Positions 12,542 through 25,791 of a stretch of DNA of 64,000 nt are shown piece by piece (position 1 is the stretch's first letter; every line of letters starts with the position of its first letter). The notes under the pieces were generated by a model. That model worked only from the letters and a program-made list of their open reading frames with translations. It did no database searches and was not told the DNA's origin. Position numbers and translations under genes: made by a program. The DNA is from Ramazzottius varieornatus (taxonomy: Eukaryota; Animalia; Tardigrada): contig BDGG01000002.1 of NCBI GenBank assembly GCA_001949185.1, positions 1,147,481-1,211,480 on the forward strand. The letters are read 5' to 3'.

Positions 12542-12619
12542 CATTTTTTGAGCCTTCTGTTTTCTTCTGGCCTTTTTGGGAGTCTTGCGATATGCAAGCT
12601 TCCATATTGCCAGCCGTTT

Positions 12620-13270
12620 TCAGCATCCGTTCCCCTTTCTAATATCGTATTTTAGAGCGAAATGAATAGTTGAGTTGATGTTAATTGTAAGGCATACAGA
12701 CGAAACTGATGAGGATTGTGGGGACATCAATTTCGCACGAACATCGGCTGTCAAGAAGGCCGCTAAGCACGCAGGCGTGAATGGTAAATTGTTGTTGGGG
12801 CTGTGGAAACAGCGTGGCGGTAGAGACGAAGCTGCGGGGCAGGCTATCGGAACTCGACCGATCGGATTGCAGTCTGGAAAACAGAGCTCATCACATACTG
12901 GCATGTTATCAATAACGCGACGTACCCCCGTCAGCACACAAAACGGGCAGGAAAACACCGGAGGCGAAGTGAGGCAAGGGTCTTGAGTCGTGGTTGGAGA
13001 CGTCGTGGTGGTACCTGTAGTTGTGGAGGACTGCCTCGTTATTGTCGTAAGAGGAGTGAAACGATAGAAGGAACCACCGGTAAGCACGTCGAGCTGGCTT
13101 TGGTCCTGGATAGCCATAGCGACATTAGGCGGAAGGCTTGCCTCCTGGAATCGCTGTGGGAGTTGCAGTGGGAGTTGGCTATCAGTGCATACCGGCTGGC
13201 AGTCGAAGGGAAGGCCGCGGGAGTCGGACAGGACCAGGGTGTACAGGTTGATTCTAATTCTCTGGATCAT
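12620..13270 (-). CDS. Uncharacterised Cys-rich protein with a Thr-rich linker
   Basis: 216-aa ORF with a TTTTGTTTTSPTTTQ linker followed by a Cys/Pro-rich segment; no family recognised; start uncertain. Confidence 0.4.
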   Translation of the reverse strand: MIQRIRINLYTLVLSDSRGLPFDCQPVCTDSQLPLQLPQRFQEASLPPNVAMAIQDQSQLDVLTGGSFYRFTPLTTITRQSSTTTGTTTTSPTTTQDPCLTSPPVFSCPFCVLTGVRRVIDNMPVCDELCFPDCNPIGRVPIACPAASSLPPRCFHSPNNNLPFTPACLAAFLTADVRAKLMSPQSSSVSSVCLTININSTIHFALKYDIRKGNGC

Positions 13271-14279
13271 TTTCGATATTCTTATAGTAAAATAAGCACT
13301 GATCTCTTGGCTTCCGAATCTAATACCTAGGTATTTCCTACATCCGAATACGATCCCTGAAAGGTCTGTGGAGATTGCACATATGCCAGAAAACGTATGA
13401 AAATGAACTCAAACTACCCGGAAAACACCCACCAGCTGTCTTTGGCTTCTGGTAGCGAAACTTTATCTCGTCCAATCTTACCTTTTTACCACTTATTTCA
13501 TAGACCGCTCTCTGGGCTATCGACTGCGTGTACCAGTTTTGCGCGGAATTTCCTGGAGATCTCAGAGGAAATCAAAAACTAAACCGTCGTTTCTCGACCA
13601 AAAATTCAGATTTTATTCTGATATTTTTTGATTGAAGTATGAAACCAGAACACAATCTCGAACATTTTTTATTGGACAGCTAGTTGGTCAAACTTACAAA
13701 TAGAATTTAGCTCGAAGTTTACCGTCTCCTTAACACTTTCAGCACAATCGTTTTCATGTTTGCAGAATACTACCGTCCTCTTTGTGTATACAGGAATTCC
13801 ATTGGCTGATATCGTTCTAAGCGAATATCGTGCACGTGTCTCGCGCGAAGAGACGAAACACCAAATTTCATCAAAACCATCCGATATCGTAGAAAAAATT
13901 TCCAGCGTGGTGGGGTTTGGCTGGCCGCTGGTCATTAGTGTTGCTTTGCTGAGAAGACCGAGGTACATGCAAACCAAAAGACCCAGACCCGAAAGACCAA
14001 AAGCTAGAACTGGGAGGTGAATAAAACTGAGTGATCGTATGCACAAAGAGGACGGTCGTACGCAGAGTGTAAAAAACGAAAAATATGAGAAAAACGAATT
14101 TTTTCTTGCTGCAGTCAGAAATGAAGTGTCGCAAGTCCGACGCACGGAACGACATTTCAGAAGAACATTTTTCCTTCCCAAGGCCATCAGACGGCATTCA
14201 TCCAAAGTGTGACCGTAGCTGCCAAAATTCCGTTTCGTCCATCACACCAATCAGAGTGATTACCATGGTGTTCGGTTGT

Positions 14280-15272
14280 AGGAATACTGCATCCTCAAGC
14301 CGTGATAGTCTGGCCCAGACAGTGAAAGTACAGTACTATAGTTCCCGATAGAAATCGCGAAAAGGTCTGACTTGTGTTGCTAGACGTTGAACATTAAATC
14401 CTAGATCCTGTGTCCTACATCCTGCTGACAGCGTGCTCAGTGGCGATGATTTATCTTCGTGTTAACTTCGTAGTTTTGCTCCTTGGCCCAGATATTCTGT
14501 CCAGCCAACTTGCTACCACTCATTATATCGAGTTGGTCTCGGCTCAATCATTGTTCAACGTCCAAACTAGTTTTCCTTGGTTCAACATCCTAACTTCGCC
14601 ATCTCAAGAAAAGTTCTTGGCCGGAAATCTGTTTACAGGAAGTGGAAATCGACATAAAACTAGAAAAGGTGCGAGGCGAAAAAACGCACAAATTTTGCAG
14701 TTTTTGGGACCGTTTTCGAAAATTCTGGTTTCGCCGGAAAACGGTTTTCCCGGCAAAATGGCCAAATTCACCAGTTTTAATTCATTTGCCGAGCTAGTTC
14801 GATATTCCTATGGTCTTTTTCGCTTGGTAATGACAACTCAGATACTTGTTGGCCTGACATCCCCAGACTGGTGATCGCAACTCGCATACAGAAGTCTGAA
14901 GACTGCATTTCAGTCGCTGCGACATGTCTTCCCCACCGGAAGTCAGATCGGTGAAATGTTCAAGGCTGTTGCTGTAACATGTCGAGTCATGACTGACTCG
15001 ACAGAGCATAGGAAGTCGTAGGAGCGCTGTGGAGGTGAGCGCGGAAAACCAGCAACTTGAATTTTTTCGCGTCGAAGTTCGAGGTAGTAGCAAGTTGGCT
15101 GGGACAGGGTTAGACCGGAATACTGCATCCGTGACAGTCTGGCACAAACTGACACACAGTGAGAGTACAGTAGTTAGTCTAGTTTCCGATAAAACTCGTG
15201 ATATCTCACTAACAATATGCTCGATCGCGATTATCAATCTTCGTGTTGACTTCATGGTTTTGCTCGTTGGCA
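14280..15272. repeat. Diverged local direct duplication (14280-14490 vs 15117-15272) with a short inverted piece
   Basis: GGAATACTGCATCC...ACAGTGARAGTACAGTA...TCTTCGTGTTRACTTCRTRGTTTTGCTC is shared; 14497-14518 is inverted relative to ~15085-15107. Confidence 0.7.
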
Positions 15273-15274
15273 TA

Positions 15275-16156
15275 CACCGCCTACAAGAAAACACCGACTC
15301 CCATAATCCTTCGCTCAAAAATTCATAACTTTAGACCGGACATTCTGATTTCTGATCTTCAAAGCGATCCTTAATGCTCTATGTTTGTTCAACGCGATCA
15401 CGTGACTTTTCCAAAAGAAAATCAACAAATCAGCCGGTATGATAAAGTTCGCCACCATCGAAAAACAACCTATTTTTGGAGCAGCGTAGCACGGTCAGTC
15501 CATCGCGAAACCTTGACGCATTGCTGTCCAAAAATGCAACAAGCATTGGTCTACAAGGTGGAAAAGAAATCAAGGCAGTCAAAGGTTTCGTCGAGGAGGG
15601 ACTTGTAGCGACCTATGCGCCATTTTCGATGGAGATTACACGTGCACTCTGCAGTTTTCAGCAAATCTTCCGCCAAATAGAAATTTATGTCGAATTTGTT
15701 GCTGTTTTTTGCGCAAAAAGTTTGAGGCTACACAATCCACACAAAGTTGCCCAGCTAAACATAAAAATACGGCCCTTCATAGTTTTTGGATCCAAAATCA
15801 ACGCCAGGATGGCGCGAAGGTCGCTGCGAGTTGCTCCTTGACGAAACCTTCGACTGCCTTGAGTTTTTTTTCACCTAGTAGCCCAATGCTTTTTGCATTT
15901 TTGGACAGCAAAGCGTCAAGGTTTTGCGATGGACTGACCGTGCTACGCTGCTCCAAAAATAGGTTGTTTTTCGATGGTGGCGAACTTTATCATACCGGCT
16001 GATTTGTTGATTTTCTTTTCGAAAAGTCACGTGATCGCGTTGAACAAACATTGAGCATTAAGGATCGCTTTGAAGGTTAGACATCAGAATGTCCAGTCTA
16101 AAGTTATGAATTTTTGAGCGAAGGAATAGGGGGGTCGGTTTTTCTTGTAGGCAGTG
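15275..16156. mobile_element. 882-bp foldback-type non-autonomous DNA transposon, TA target site
   Basis: ~350-bp TIRs beginning TA|CACCGCCTACAAGAAA and ending TTTCTTGTAGGCAGTG|TA, with long stretches of near identity; no transposase. Confidence 0.93.
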
Positions 16157-18145
16157 TATATAGTCAAATCCAACAGCATGGTGATTGCTCATTGTTTACA
16201 TCAACAACATATGTACAGTGACTCGTCGCTGCGCGTGTTTCACGAAAGGCAAAATTCATTCTGGTCGCTATGCTGTTCTTCTTCCTGTCTGGTTTCTAAC
16301 TGCTACAGCTGCAAGTAAGTAATAATCGCAACGCCACAAACTGTCCAATTCAATTCAACGCTCCTGACGGAAAGCCACTCTTCTTGATGACGGACGTTAG
16401 TCGACGCCGGGTGTATCCCAGAGAATCTGTCCGAGAGAGTGGACTGCAGTATGCATACCGTAAAGTTTGCAAACAATTTTCCTAAAGGTCCTTTTTGGTG
16501 TGGTGGACAGACCAACGTTTTTTCTAAGAATATCTCGGCTGTTTAGACTTCCCTATAAACCTGTGACACGATGGCAGATAGGCAGTCGAATATGATCCCT
16601 TATTTCCTTGTTCGCTTATTGGGGCAACCGGTTGATTGAATGAAGAGTTGATGGGCTATAACGTTATTAGGATGTTCAAGCTATCTTCTACGGGTCTACG
16701 GGGTAGCGTTCGAGTCGCGGAAATTGGCCGACGAGTTTAGGGTATAAAAGGAGGGAAAGCAAGGGCATCGGTACCCATAACCCATACCTGCGACAGCATA
16801 CTGTATCCCAGTGTCTGCCGATCTCTCCGAGTAAGTGCCTGGAACTCTTCTGCGGTGGTATCGAATTTTATCCGTCGTGACCGGGCAGAGGAGCAGTATT
16901 TGGACAAAATCGCCATCTCACTATAGGACACTCCTCATACGAAAGAGCATGCGCTTCACGTGCAGAACATTACAGTAACAATTCTAACTTCTTGAACACA
17001 CCACAGCCAGTTCAACAGAGATTGTGCGGTAAGCTTCAGGCTCTGCTTTCACTCATGGGAAATGAAAAAAAATGCCGTTCTGCAGCACGACAAGTTGTCA
17101 TGTGATATGGCGACGACGCATAAGTTTGCCGGACGCAAGCCACCTACTAGCTCATCTTAGCTTGTGGAAATAGCTTCACTGACGTATTCAAGAAGTAAGA
17201 ATTATTACTGTAAGGCGAATCACCTTTAGCTTCGGCAAAACCTATGACTTTTGCTACGACCTGCCTGGGGAGAGAGAACGTGTCTCATCTCCGCGCCGGG
17301 AGAGTACACCAAGCCAGCGCTCGGTGGTCTGCCCGTCATGATGGTCAATGCTGTTGGTTTACATGAACGTTTAGCACGTGAAGGTGATGACCCTGCGTAT
17401 GAAAAGGTGACTGCGTCCCTATTGCGAGAAGGGAGGGGGCGCGAGGCACGCTGTACCGGTCAGAGCTTTCATCTTTGCAGTCAACGAGGTGCACGCCCAT
17501 GACGGACATCCAGTGCGTTCCGAGAGAATCGGCTGTATGTGGTGAGGGATATGCACTGAGGAGAAGAAGGCTCTTTAACGGTTCCTTGCCGGAAGGTACC
17601 CACAGCAATGTCAAGATAAATGTCGGCAAGATACATAGGGGGTTCAATAAGGTTTTAAGGCACAGTCCACCTGAAATTGCTATTTTCCAGAGCACGGTCA
17701 GGCTTGACTTCTGCTCAAACTAGTCACTAGACGTTCCTCTTTCATCCAGACCTGAAGACAAACTCAAACGGACAATGGGGATTGAACTACATAACTTCTT
17801 TTAGAACGAGCCCAGAAACCTTCTTCCAAAAACCTCACAAAATAATGTCAACGAATGACTCCCCAGCCTAGGCTCTCATTGTGCCGTGTTAACCATAAGT
17901 TACTCTATACTCGAGCAAAAAAAGTGCAGAGATCGAACGACCACAGAATTCTTGGTGAACACAGCTTTAAAACTTATTGAACCCACTATGTAACAAATGG
18001 AGCTACATCAATTTATTCGTCGGGCCTAACTGGTCCTTCACCACAGGCGGTGCCTTGTAGACCAACAGCGCCCTTTTGTTGCAGCAAAACCCCGCCCCCA
18101 TGACACCTTTCACCATCTACATTTTGAACCTCTCGTTAACATTCT

Positions 18146-18445
18146 TTGCTTAATATTCTGCCAAACTATCTGCTACTATTCTGCCACCCAGAGACACTCC
18201 ACTGCCCGCCACTGCATCTCACCACTTCGTCCATCCTGGAGCAACTGCGACGGCTCGACATGTCGAAAGCTTCTGGCTCATTCCTCATTACCAACCGTCT
18301 GCTCAAGATCGCAGGAACGACCATCATGTGCCCTCTGTCAAGACTCTTCAACCTTATGATCAGCAAGAGACAGTATCCAACAGCATGGAAGCAAGCAGAA
18401 GTCGTTCCCGTTCCGAAGAAAGGCAGTTCCACTTTCCGGCCCATT
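18146..18445 (+). mobile_element. CR1/L2/Jockey-type LINE reverse transcriptase fragment
   Basis: LRRLDMSKASG..ITNRLLK...PLSRLFN...YPTAWKQAEVVPVPKKG..FRPI, the pre-RT block of APE-type LINEs. Confidence 0.85.
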
Positions 18446-18609
18446 TTGAATGTCGATGGGCACTTGTTAACTTGAATCAACTTGTTTTTTATATTTTTGC
18501 CTTTGCATCCCTTTTTCTCCGGCGCTCCTGCCACTATTTTTCAAATTTGATCCGCAAGCGCGAAGCCTGGTTTTGCATTGGACAAATAAAGGTTATTATT
18601 AACCTTACA

Positions 18610-18890
18610 GCCACCCATTTTCTGTGTGGTGGTTCGATAATTTAGTTTCTACCCTTATTCAGTGTAGTGGTTGCATAATCATGGGAGGCATGCTGCACGC
18701 ACACACCTTGATCGCACTGAACTGTTTCTTGACCGTGACCTTCCCGATCTCGTACCGCCGCTATCAGACGATCAAATCTGCACTGCTCGTTTGCCTGGCA
18801 GTGTAGATCTATGTCTCCCTGATGCCCGTTATCCTATTGGACGTTTGGCTGTATCGACCTCCACTGACCGAAGGTTGTGGTTCTGACACT
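18610..18890 (+). pseudogene. Class A GPCR TM3-TM4 fragment
   Basis: HTLIALNCFLTVTFPISYRRYQTIKSALLVCLAV*IY parallels HMLISLNRLWAICFPHHYRTHHTKRLAVSLC of the GPCR at 33009; in-frame stop at 18804. Confidence 0.7.
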
Positions 18891-21176
18891 AGCTCACCGG
18901 AAGAATGGAAGTGAAGTATGCAGCTGCTGATCTTCGACGCACCAACATTAGCTAGCGTGGAAGTTTTCCCGGCCTCTTGCATGCCGCAAAGTATAGAAGA
19001 ATTCCAATCTTCGAGTACGATCCGGGAAAACAGATAGGACCAAAATGATACCCTCGAGTTCTGCAGGTACGAATCAGCCATCTGCTGCGCCAGCGCCACC
19101 GGAATTTTTTTGCGGCACTAGGGAACACACGTCACAAGAAACGCAACCTACACCCAGCCTTTTGGCGAACCTATCTCCGCTCTTTCGCCTGAACCACAGT
19201 TGATCCCATGCACGGGAAGCAACATGCGTTTCCCACCTGTCGACTCCGGGCCTTTACTTTGCTTGGACTTTCACGTCACAGCCGTCATCCACGGTATAAT
19301 TACCTATTACTTGCAGTGCACTGAGATACGTTACACAAGTAGACTGAACCGGCAGCCTGAAAAGGCACTCCTAGATGTGTTACGCAGGTTCCGTCTACGT
19401 GATCGCGGGATCTCGTTCCCTGTGGGGAACTGGGGATCGAGCCGAGCAAGCGTTTTGTTAAGGAGGCTATGTTCAGTAGGACTGACCGATTCGTTTTGGA
19501 AGAACGAGTCGGGCACAAAATAACTCTCCCCGTGCATTATTGAGCCTTGAATCCAGGGTGAGCACACCAACTTACGCCAACTTGATTCACTGATACAGCA
19601 GCTTTTGCAAAATCGTGCAAAAATAAAGGGTGGTCGTCTAAAAACAAGATTTCTCGAAATGGTCTGAATTGTTTTCAAGAAATTAAAAACATAAAACGTA
19701 GCCAAATTCATGATTTATCTGAATCACAAACTGTATGAAACAGACTGCGCGAAACCAGAGTGCCGGAACACCATTCAGAAAAACCTGGTTCGTCTGAATC
19801 AACAACTTTTTCAAATTTTGACGGACCTTCGAGAATTTTTCTTTGGTTTCCCGGAAAGATCTTGCATCTCGGACAGTGATTAAAAATTAGCCCAAGAACT
19901 CAGCCAAACGAAAAGAGGTTGTAAACTCTTGGTTCATAAACCCTTGGTTTAGAACACACTTTGCAATTTCTTCCAGGGGGGGGGGGGGTCCCGGCAAAAT
20001 GGTCAAATTCGACGATATTAGTTCATTTCCAAACTTAGTTTGATCTTCTTGCGATCTGTCCCAGTTTTCGATGAGCACCTGGGTAGTTATACCCAGGCTG
20101 AGATCAAATTGCGGATGGATTCTCAAACAGGGAGTTCCAAAGAACCTTTTTCATTCGTGGCGAGAAGTCTTCCTCACCGGAAGTCATGCCAATCAACTTT
20201 TTCATCCGTGGTCTTGATGCATACAAGTGAACTATGTCTCTTTGACAAGAGCTTGAAAAGCCGACCGAAATCTGTGAAGGACCGAGACCCAGCACTTTGA
20301 ATTTCTTCTGCGCTGAAGTTCCTGTTCATGGTCAAACTCGTTCAATAAACCAGAAATACCCAGCCGAAAGACTCAACAACAAGAAACACCACAGAAACCA
20401 AGCGCCCTGTGCGGAAGAACGATGAACTCTGGAGTTAACTGTTCTTTCTGATGACATCAGGGGGCTGCGCCCCTGAAGCTGCTTCGAAAAACCGACAGGT
20501 CGGCCTTACCTGACAGATCAAGTCGTTGCCTATTGACTATATATGCAGGTACATCATTGTGCTTCGACGCCATATAACCTAAGAATCTTATCAATTTAAC
20601 ATTCGAGTAACCGTAATGTAACCGACTCTTCCGGGGCGTGGTCTCTGTGCGTATCGGACCAATGGTGTTGTTCGCCGTAGTAGAAAGTGCCTCTATCGCT
20701 TCCATGTTTTGCGCCTCTACGGTATATACAGCGGTTCCTCTACCTCCTCCAATCTCTCTGCTGCTGGCTTGTTGCTTTGTATCTGTGCCGTTAGTCAGAT
20801 CATTTGGTGATCGTGTTTCTTTATAGGAAGTGTGGTTTGGCCAGCTGTAGCACTCAGTTAGTACTGGAAAGCACATTTTTCGGATGGAGGAAACATGATC
20901 AAGTTCATACCACGTGACTTGCCGGTCGAGGTAGTCTGGATAAGTACTCGTTCAAAGCTGAGCAAAAAGTTACTTCCGGTGCAAGTTTTTCATGGGTTAG
21001 CGTATTTTCGCTATGGGTTAGTGTTTCCGGTCATGTTATGTCTGGATTTCGTTCCCTATGGCGAATTCTGGATTGAGCCAAGCAATTGTTTTGTTCAGGA
21101 TGAGATTCTGAGTAGATCTAGCCCATTCATTACCGTGGGAGACGCGGACCACAAAATAATCTTCCTCGTGCATTGT

Positions 21177-21360
21177 TAAGCCTTAAACTAAGCCTTAAAT
21201 CAAGCCTTAAATTTGGTACGACAGGACTGTATACAGTGCATAAAAGACTCCTTCGCTTTTTCATGCTTAATGCGCATCGCGCCGACCTGAAAATTTTAAA
21301 TCAGCTCTGAAAATTTTTAATCAGCTAAAGTTTTAGTCAGCTTTTCTTTGATCAGCTCGT
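21177..21360. repeat. Short tandem repeats
   Basis: (YAAGCCTTAAAY)x3 at 21177-21212; four degenerate TTTT..TCAGCT units at ~21290-21357. Confidence 0.65.
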
Positions 21361-21528
21361 GAAAAGATAATTGCCTGGAATGGATGTTGTGTACATTGTA
21401 TAAATATTCAGTTTTTCTCGCTACCCATGCGTTATTAGATCGCGCCAATATTCAAGCAGCCACGCATTAAATGCTGTCCGTGGTGCCATGTTGGGTCTTC
21501 TTCGTCTGGTGCAGTCCACATTTTCATC

Positions 21529-23105
21529 ATGGCAAAATTTCAGGAATACTGGATATACTTGATCTCGCACAACATCCTTGTTTTCTCCTTGTCTTTCATC
21601 TTGATGACACCCAAGCGGACCTCTTGTTTACAGTCAATAACCATTGCTACCGGGTCCGATTTCAACAAGGGCGAAGCAACGGTTTCGTCAACCTTTGCAG
21701 TGGCCTTCGAAGACGCTGCAGCCACCCACCCAGCTGTTTACCGCAATCACTCCTGGATCATGCTGCATGACAACTTTAGCGGTAGCTGCAACGAAAGTGT
21801 ACCACGCCTAATCGAGGACCTCAGCCAGCTGTACAACCGATCCTTGGCAAGTAATACTCAACTGACCGTCCTCTACGCACCCGGTAATTCTTCTGTTGAA
21901 TGAATTTCCTACCCGAGCAGCCAGCAACACAATGCGAAAACTCTGCTTGCAGTCTGTCCAGAAATGTTTGTACAAATCGCCGATTTTGCTAGAGGTATAT
22001 AATACAGTGATAATCCTCACTTCTTTAGTACTCGCAAAGCGGCTTTCGACACGCTGAAGCGCGCTAGTAGGTAGCTTGCGAATGGCAAACGGATGCGTCA
22101 TCACAGTCATGTGACAACTGGCCGTGCTATCGAGCGGCATCTTTGGTTTTTCCCACGTTTGTTTGAGTCTGCAGAAACAAATCTGAAGCTCTTCGCGCAT
22201 TCTTTAATACGCGGCTCCGCCTGTGACGTACTGATAAAGTGGGGATTACTACTGTAGGGAGAATGTGTAGATGGTCCAGTGTACGAGTTACATGCCTCAG
22301 AAATGCAACTGTCGTTTTTAGAAGTGGACATTTTGGTAGTCTCCTGGTACGAAATATCCTTGCAGTCTTTCGAACCGTTGTCTTTCGAAAATACCGTGCT
22401 TACCTTTTTGTTGAACAGTACTTATGATGACGAGAGACTGGAAAATCGACGACGTTTCCCAACAGCGGTTTCCTTTGCACGAACCAGTGGTGGTTCATAT
22501 GGAGCAATTTTTGTCGCCATTATGGAGAAGTTCGGGTGGAAGCATGTGGCTGTGCTGGCTGATGTCATGGCCACTCCACATCCGTATGTGGGAAGAAACC
22601 GAGCGCAATGCAACTTTATTACGTCTACACTTCGCTCCCGAAAATTGGCCTTTTCCGAGACGGTGTTCGACGCACGTTCGAACAGGAGCATTGAAAATGG
22701 ACTTGTCACTGCCGGGAAGTTTTCCAGAGGTGATACGGTATTCCCGCTCGTTCGATTGCCTACACAAGTTTTACAGCCTGCTCGTTTTTAGTGATACTAC
22801 TCTGCTGCTTGGTGGAACCGCTGAAGTTTGTGTTGGTACGTGACATACCCCTTCGAGAATAAACTAATAATAAAGGGTTTGATATTGACAAACTCGTGTT
22901 GCCGTTTACCTAGAGAAGAGCTCACGAGCTGGGCATGACCGACGGGAGATATGTATGATACACACACGTACTGTACCTCACGAATCCCTTTCGCACAGTA
23001 AATTTCACACGAGAAAGAGGGCTTTTCAGGTTTTCATGCTCATCTATGCGTCTCGCGTTCGAAACGAGCCATTCCTGCGGAAAGTCGACTTCAAGGACGA
23101 GGTGA
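21529..23105 (+). CDS. ANF-receptor (periplasmic-binding-like) extracellular domain exons of a natriuretic peptide/receptor guanylyl cyclase-type gene, possibly a pseudogene
   Basis: Signal-like N-terminus; FAVAFEDA, LENRRRFPTAVSF, FVAIMEKFGWKHVAVLAD, FSR|VILL, AHELGMTDGRYV. Confidence 0.7.
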
Positions 23106-23781
23106 GTACGCGAGCATGTCTCACCGCGCACTGGCAGCGGAATTCGTAAGGAGTGAGAAGCCATGTTGAGTGCCTTAATGGCCAACACGAGGAGCTTGCA
23201 CACTCGTTAGACTTTGAATAAGCAATGACCTGAGCCACGAAGCCACTGCACTGTACAATCTTCAGAGTGCCACTGCCAAGCCCGTATGGGATGACTGGAT
23301 TCCTCTTGTCTGCTGGGCCTTTTGTGTTTACTGTCGGTAATACCAAGCCGTCGACAGAAAAATTGGACCAGAACTAGTCTTTAGTTCTCCTGCCGTTCCC
23401 GGTTAATACAAAACAGTTTTTTTGCTTTTGTTTTGACATCTTCGTCAGAAGTCAGCTTGGAAGGATCGCGAGGAAAACCAGAACAGTTCTTTCGATTGTC
23501 CCGGAGCAGTGTAATGCACCGTATCCATCCCTTCCGGGAGTCACGTGGCCTCACAACGCTAGTCAATGTTAATGCACATCGATAGACTACCGGAAAAGTG
23601 CATCTCGGGCACTGCAAAATCACTTACGGTGTTTCCTACTCCGTATTTCTACCGACGACACGATGCTACCGACGGTACAAGGACAAGCAGACACGCAAGA
23701 CCTTACAAGGGATTTACGCCAGTCGGTCCACTCCGATCCTGAAACCGGTAAAGCAGAAAGATAGAGGTGACTGTGATCTAT

Positions 23782-24250
23782 ACCCAGATCTAAAAAGATC
23801 AAATAGGCTGAAATAGGCTGAAAATTCGAAGGAAAGAAAGACAGAAAACGCCATTTTCATTCTTTCAAGAAGAGCTTTTTGTGTGTCCGAAACAGGCAGT
23901 TTTGGAACACGGATAAATATTTATTCAGTACCAAAACGGCTATGGTTTAGCTCTCCCTTCGACCAAAAGAATCAGCCTTATTTCAGGGACGAATTCTGCT
24001 GTGGTTCCTAGCTAAAGGAAAGGTGAAAAACATAATTTTTGGTTGTACATTTAATTTCATCGAAATTTGTCCAACTACGTAAAACTTCGTAAAATACAAA
24101 AGAAACTGAGTTTCAAAATTGCACAAAATGAAGCAGATAAACAACCGAAACCGAAAGAGACTATGTGCACTGAGCTCAGAAAGACTTTCCTTAAGGCCGG
24201 TCCAAACAGAAAAGAATAACTACAAAAAGGTGGAAAGGGAGACGTTTCTT
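23782..24250 (+). repeat. Dispersed repeat, homologous to 38437-38900
   Basis: AAAATTCGAAGGAAAGAAASACAGAAAACGC...TTTCAAGAAGAGC..TT.TGTGTCCGAAA..GGCAGTTTTGGAACACGGAT is shared. Confidence 0.8.
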
Positions 24251-25791
24251 TTCAAGTGCAGTTGAGATGACCTGTAAATTGAAGCATTAGTTAGCCATCA
24301 AGTAGCCAGAATGTTCGTCAAAGAACATCCAAAATGGCATCAGTCCCAGTCTGACTGAGATACGTACCGGCCAGCTTACGTAGTGAAATCCGCGAGCTCG
24401 CTACTCGAACGAAGCTTCCTTCGTGCTTGCTGCATGCGTCTTGTGATGCGCTATCCGTTTCATGTGAAGGGAACAACATAAACCTTGTGACCTGCAAGAT
24501 GAGGATCATCATATTATTACAAGAAGTTCATCAACGCAAGCACAATCAACGATGCCGCAGGCACCAAAGAACTGGTAACGGCATGGCACGCACAAGCTCG
24601 ACGCTCTTGGTAGCCCTAGTCAGCAATTGCGGTTCTAAAGAGTGACGTATTACCTTGCTGCTGACGTCTCCGAGCTCGGGTAAAAGACGACGAAAAGCGA
24701 CGTGATCGAACGAGATCGTCACACGGTAGCCAAACGAAATCCGTCCAATTCCCTTGTCATGCTAGTTTGCAGGGCAGCGGCGTTCTGGTCTCCAGAGCGG
24801 GTACATTTTAACTGGGATAGGCTTTGATTGAGAAGTAACGATGAAGAGCTGATCGAAGCTGATTTCGAGGTGGTTCGAACAGCTGACCATAGAGTGCTCA
24901 AAGCTGCGTGAGCGCAAACTATGCGGCGTCCGGCATAGGCATTCGATCAGCTGACCGCCTTGCGATCAATCAAAAAACCAAATAAAACTTCATTACGTCA
25001 GAGAGCTTGATTACGTCGTCGGGACAAATCTGTACGACAGTTGCTCCCCTGTTCCCGAATTTTGCCAGGACGTCCAGGAATTAAATTCACCGATTCAGTC
25101 TATCTCCGCCTGTAAATCAGCGTCTCCTCTATCTTTCTGCCGTACCGTTTTCAGGAACGGAGCGGACTGACTGGCGTAAGTCCCTTATTAGTCGTCCCAT
25201 ATGGATTTGGGAGTCAGTGGCTCCTTGTCCTACGATTCTGTAGCTCTCCAGCGTAGGTCCTCCGCAGTCAGAGTTGCTGCATATTCGAAGCAGCAAGCTT
25301 GCATTTTAGCCCCCAAGATTTCAGTCTAAATTTAGTACGCTTTGAGGGCCCTCTGGTCAGCATGATGAACAATCACCGTCATAAGTTACAGTACCCTTAT
25401 TCGATGTGTTGCTCGCTTCGGCGACAACTTTGGAGCCACACGTCGAATTTTGCCAAATCAAAACGCACCCTTTAGGAAACAGTTTGAAGTTTACGCGCTT
25501 GGTAATTTCATTTAGCGGCTTCAATCAGTCAACTACAGTAGTACGGAGTGTTGCAGGAGAATGGAAATATGGACCATCCTCGACAGCATATCTGCTGTCA
25601 CGTAACACGTGTCTCAACATACCTCCACGGCCGAACATTAGCAACGACATTCGTCCACAAGAGATAAAATCTTGAAAAAATGTTTTTCATAAATTTTCTG
25701 TTTAGGTCCCTGGTCCCACTTTTTTGACGATCAATGTTCCAACAATTTCTTTTCCTGCATGTTTCTCTGATCTATCCCGAGAACTACAGTA

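Larger units (their letters stand above)
9061..12600 (+). mobile_element. Degenerate Ngaro/DIRS-type tyrosine-recombinase retrotransposon
   Basis: Order gag - RT/RNase H - tyrosine recombinase on one strand; TATA-like TATATAAAT at ~9132; boundaries approximate. Confidence 0.9.

Noticed and set aside
17230-17720. Possible minus-strand LINE 3' end
   Set aside because: Only weak resemblance (LTVLWKI); no diagnostic motif or tail
14745-20045. Shared CCCGGCAAAATGGYCAAATTC block at ~14749 and ~19990
   Set aside because: Real but short dispersed-repeat fragment; boundaries and class cannot be defined
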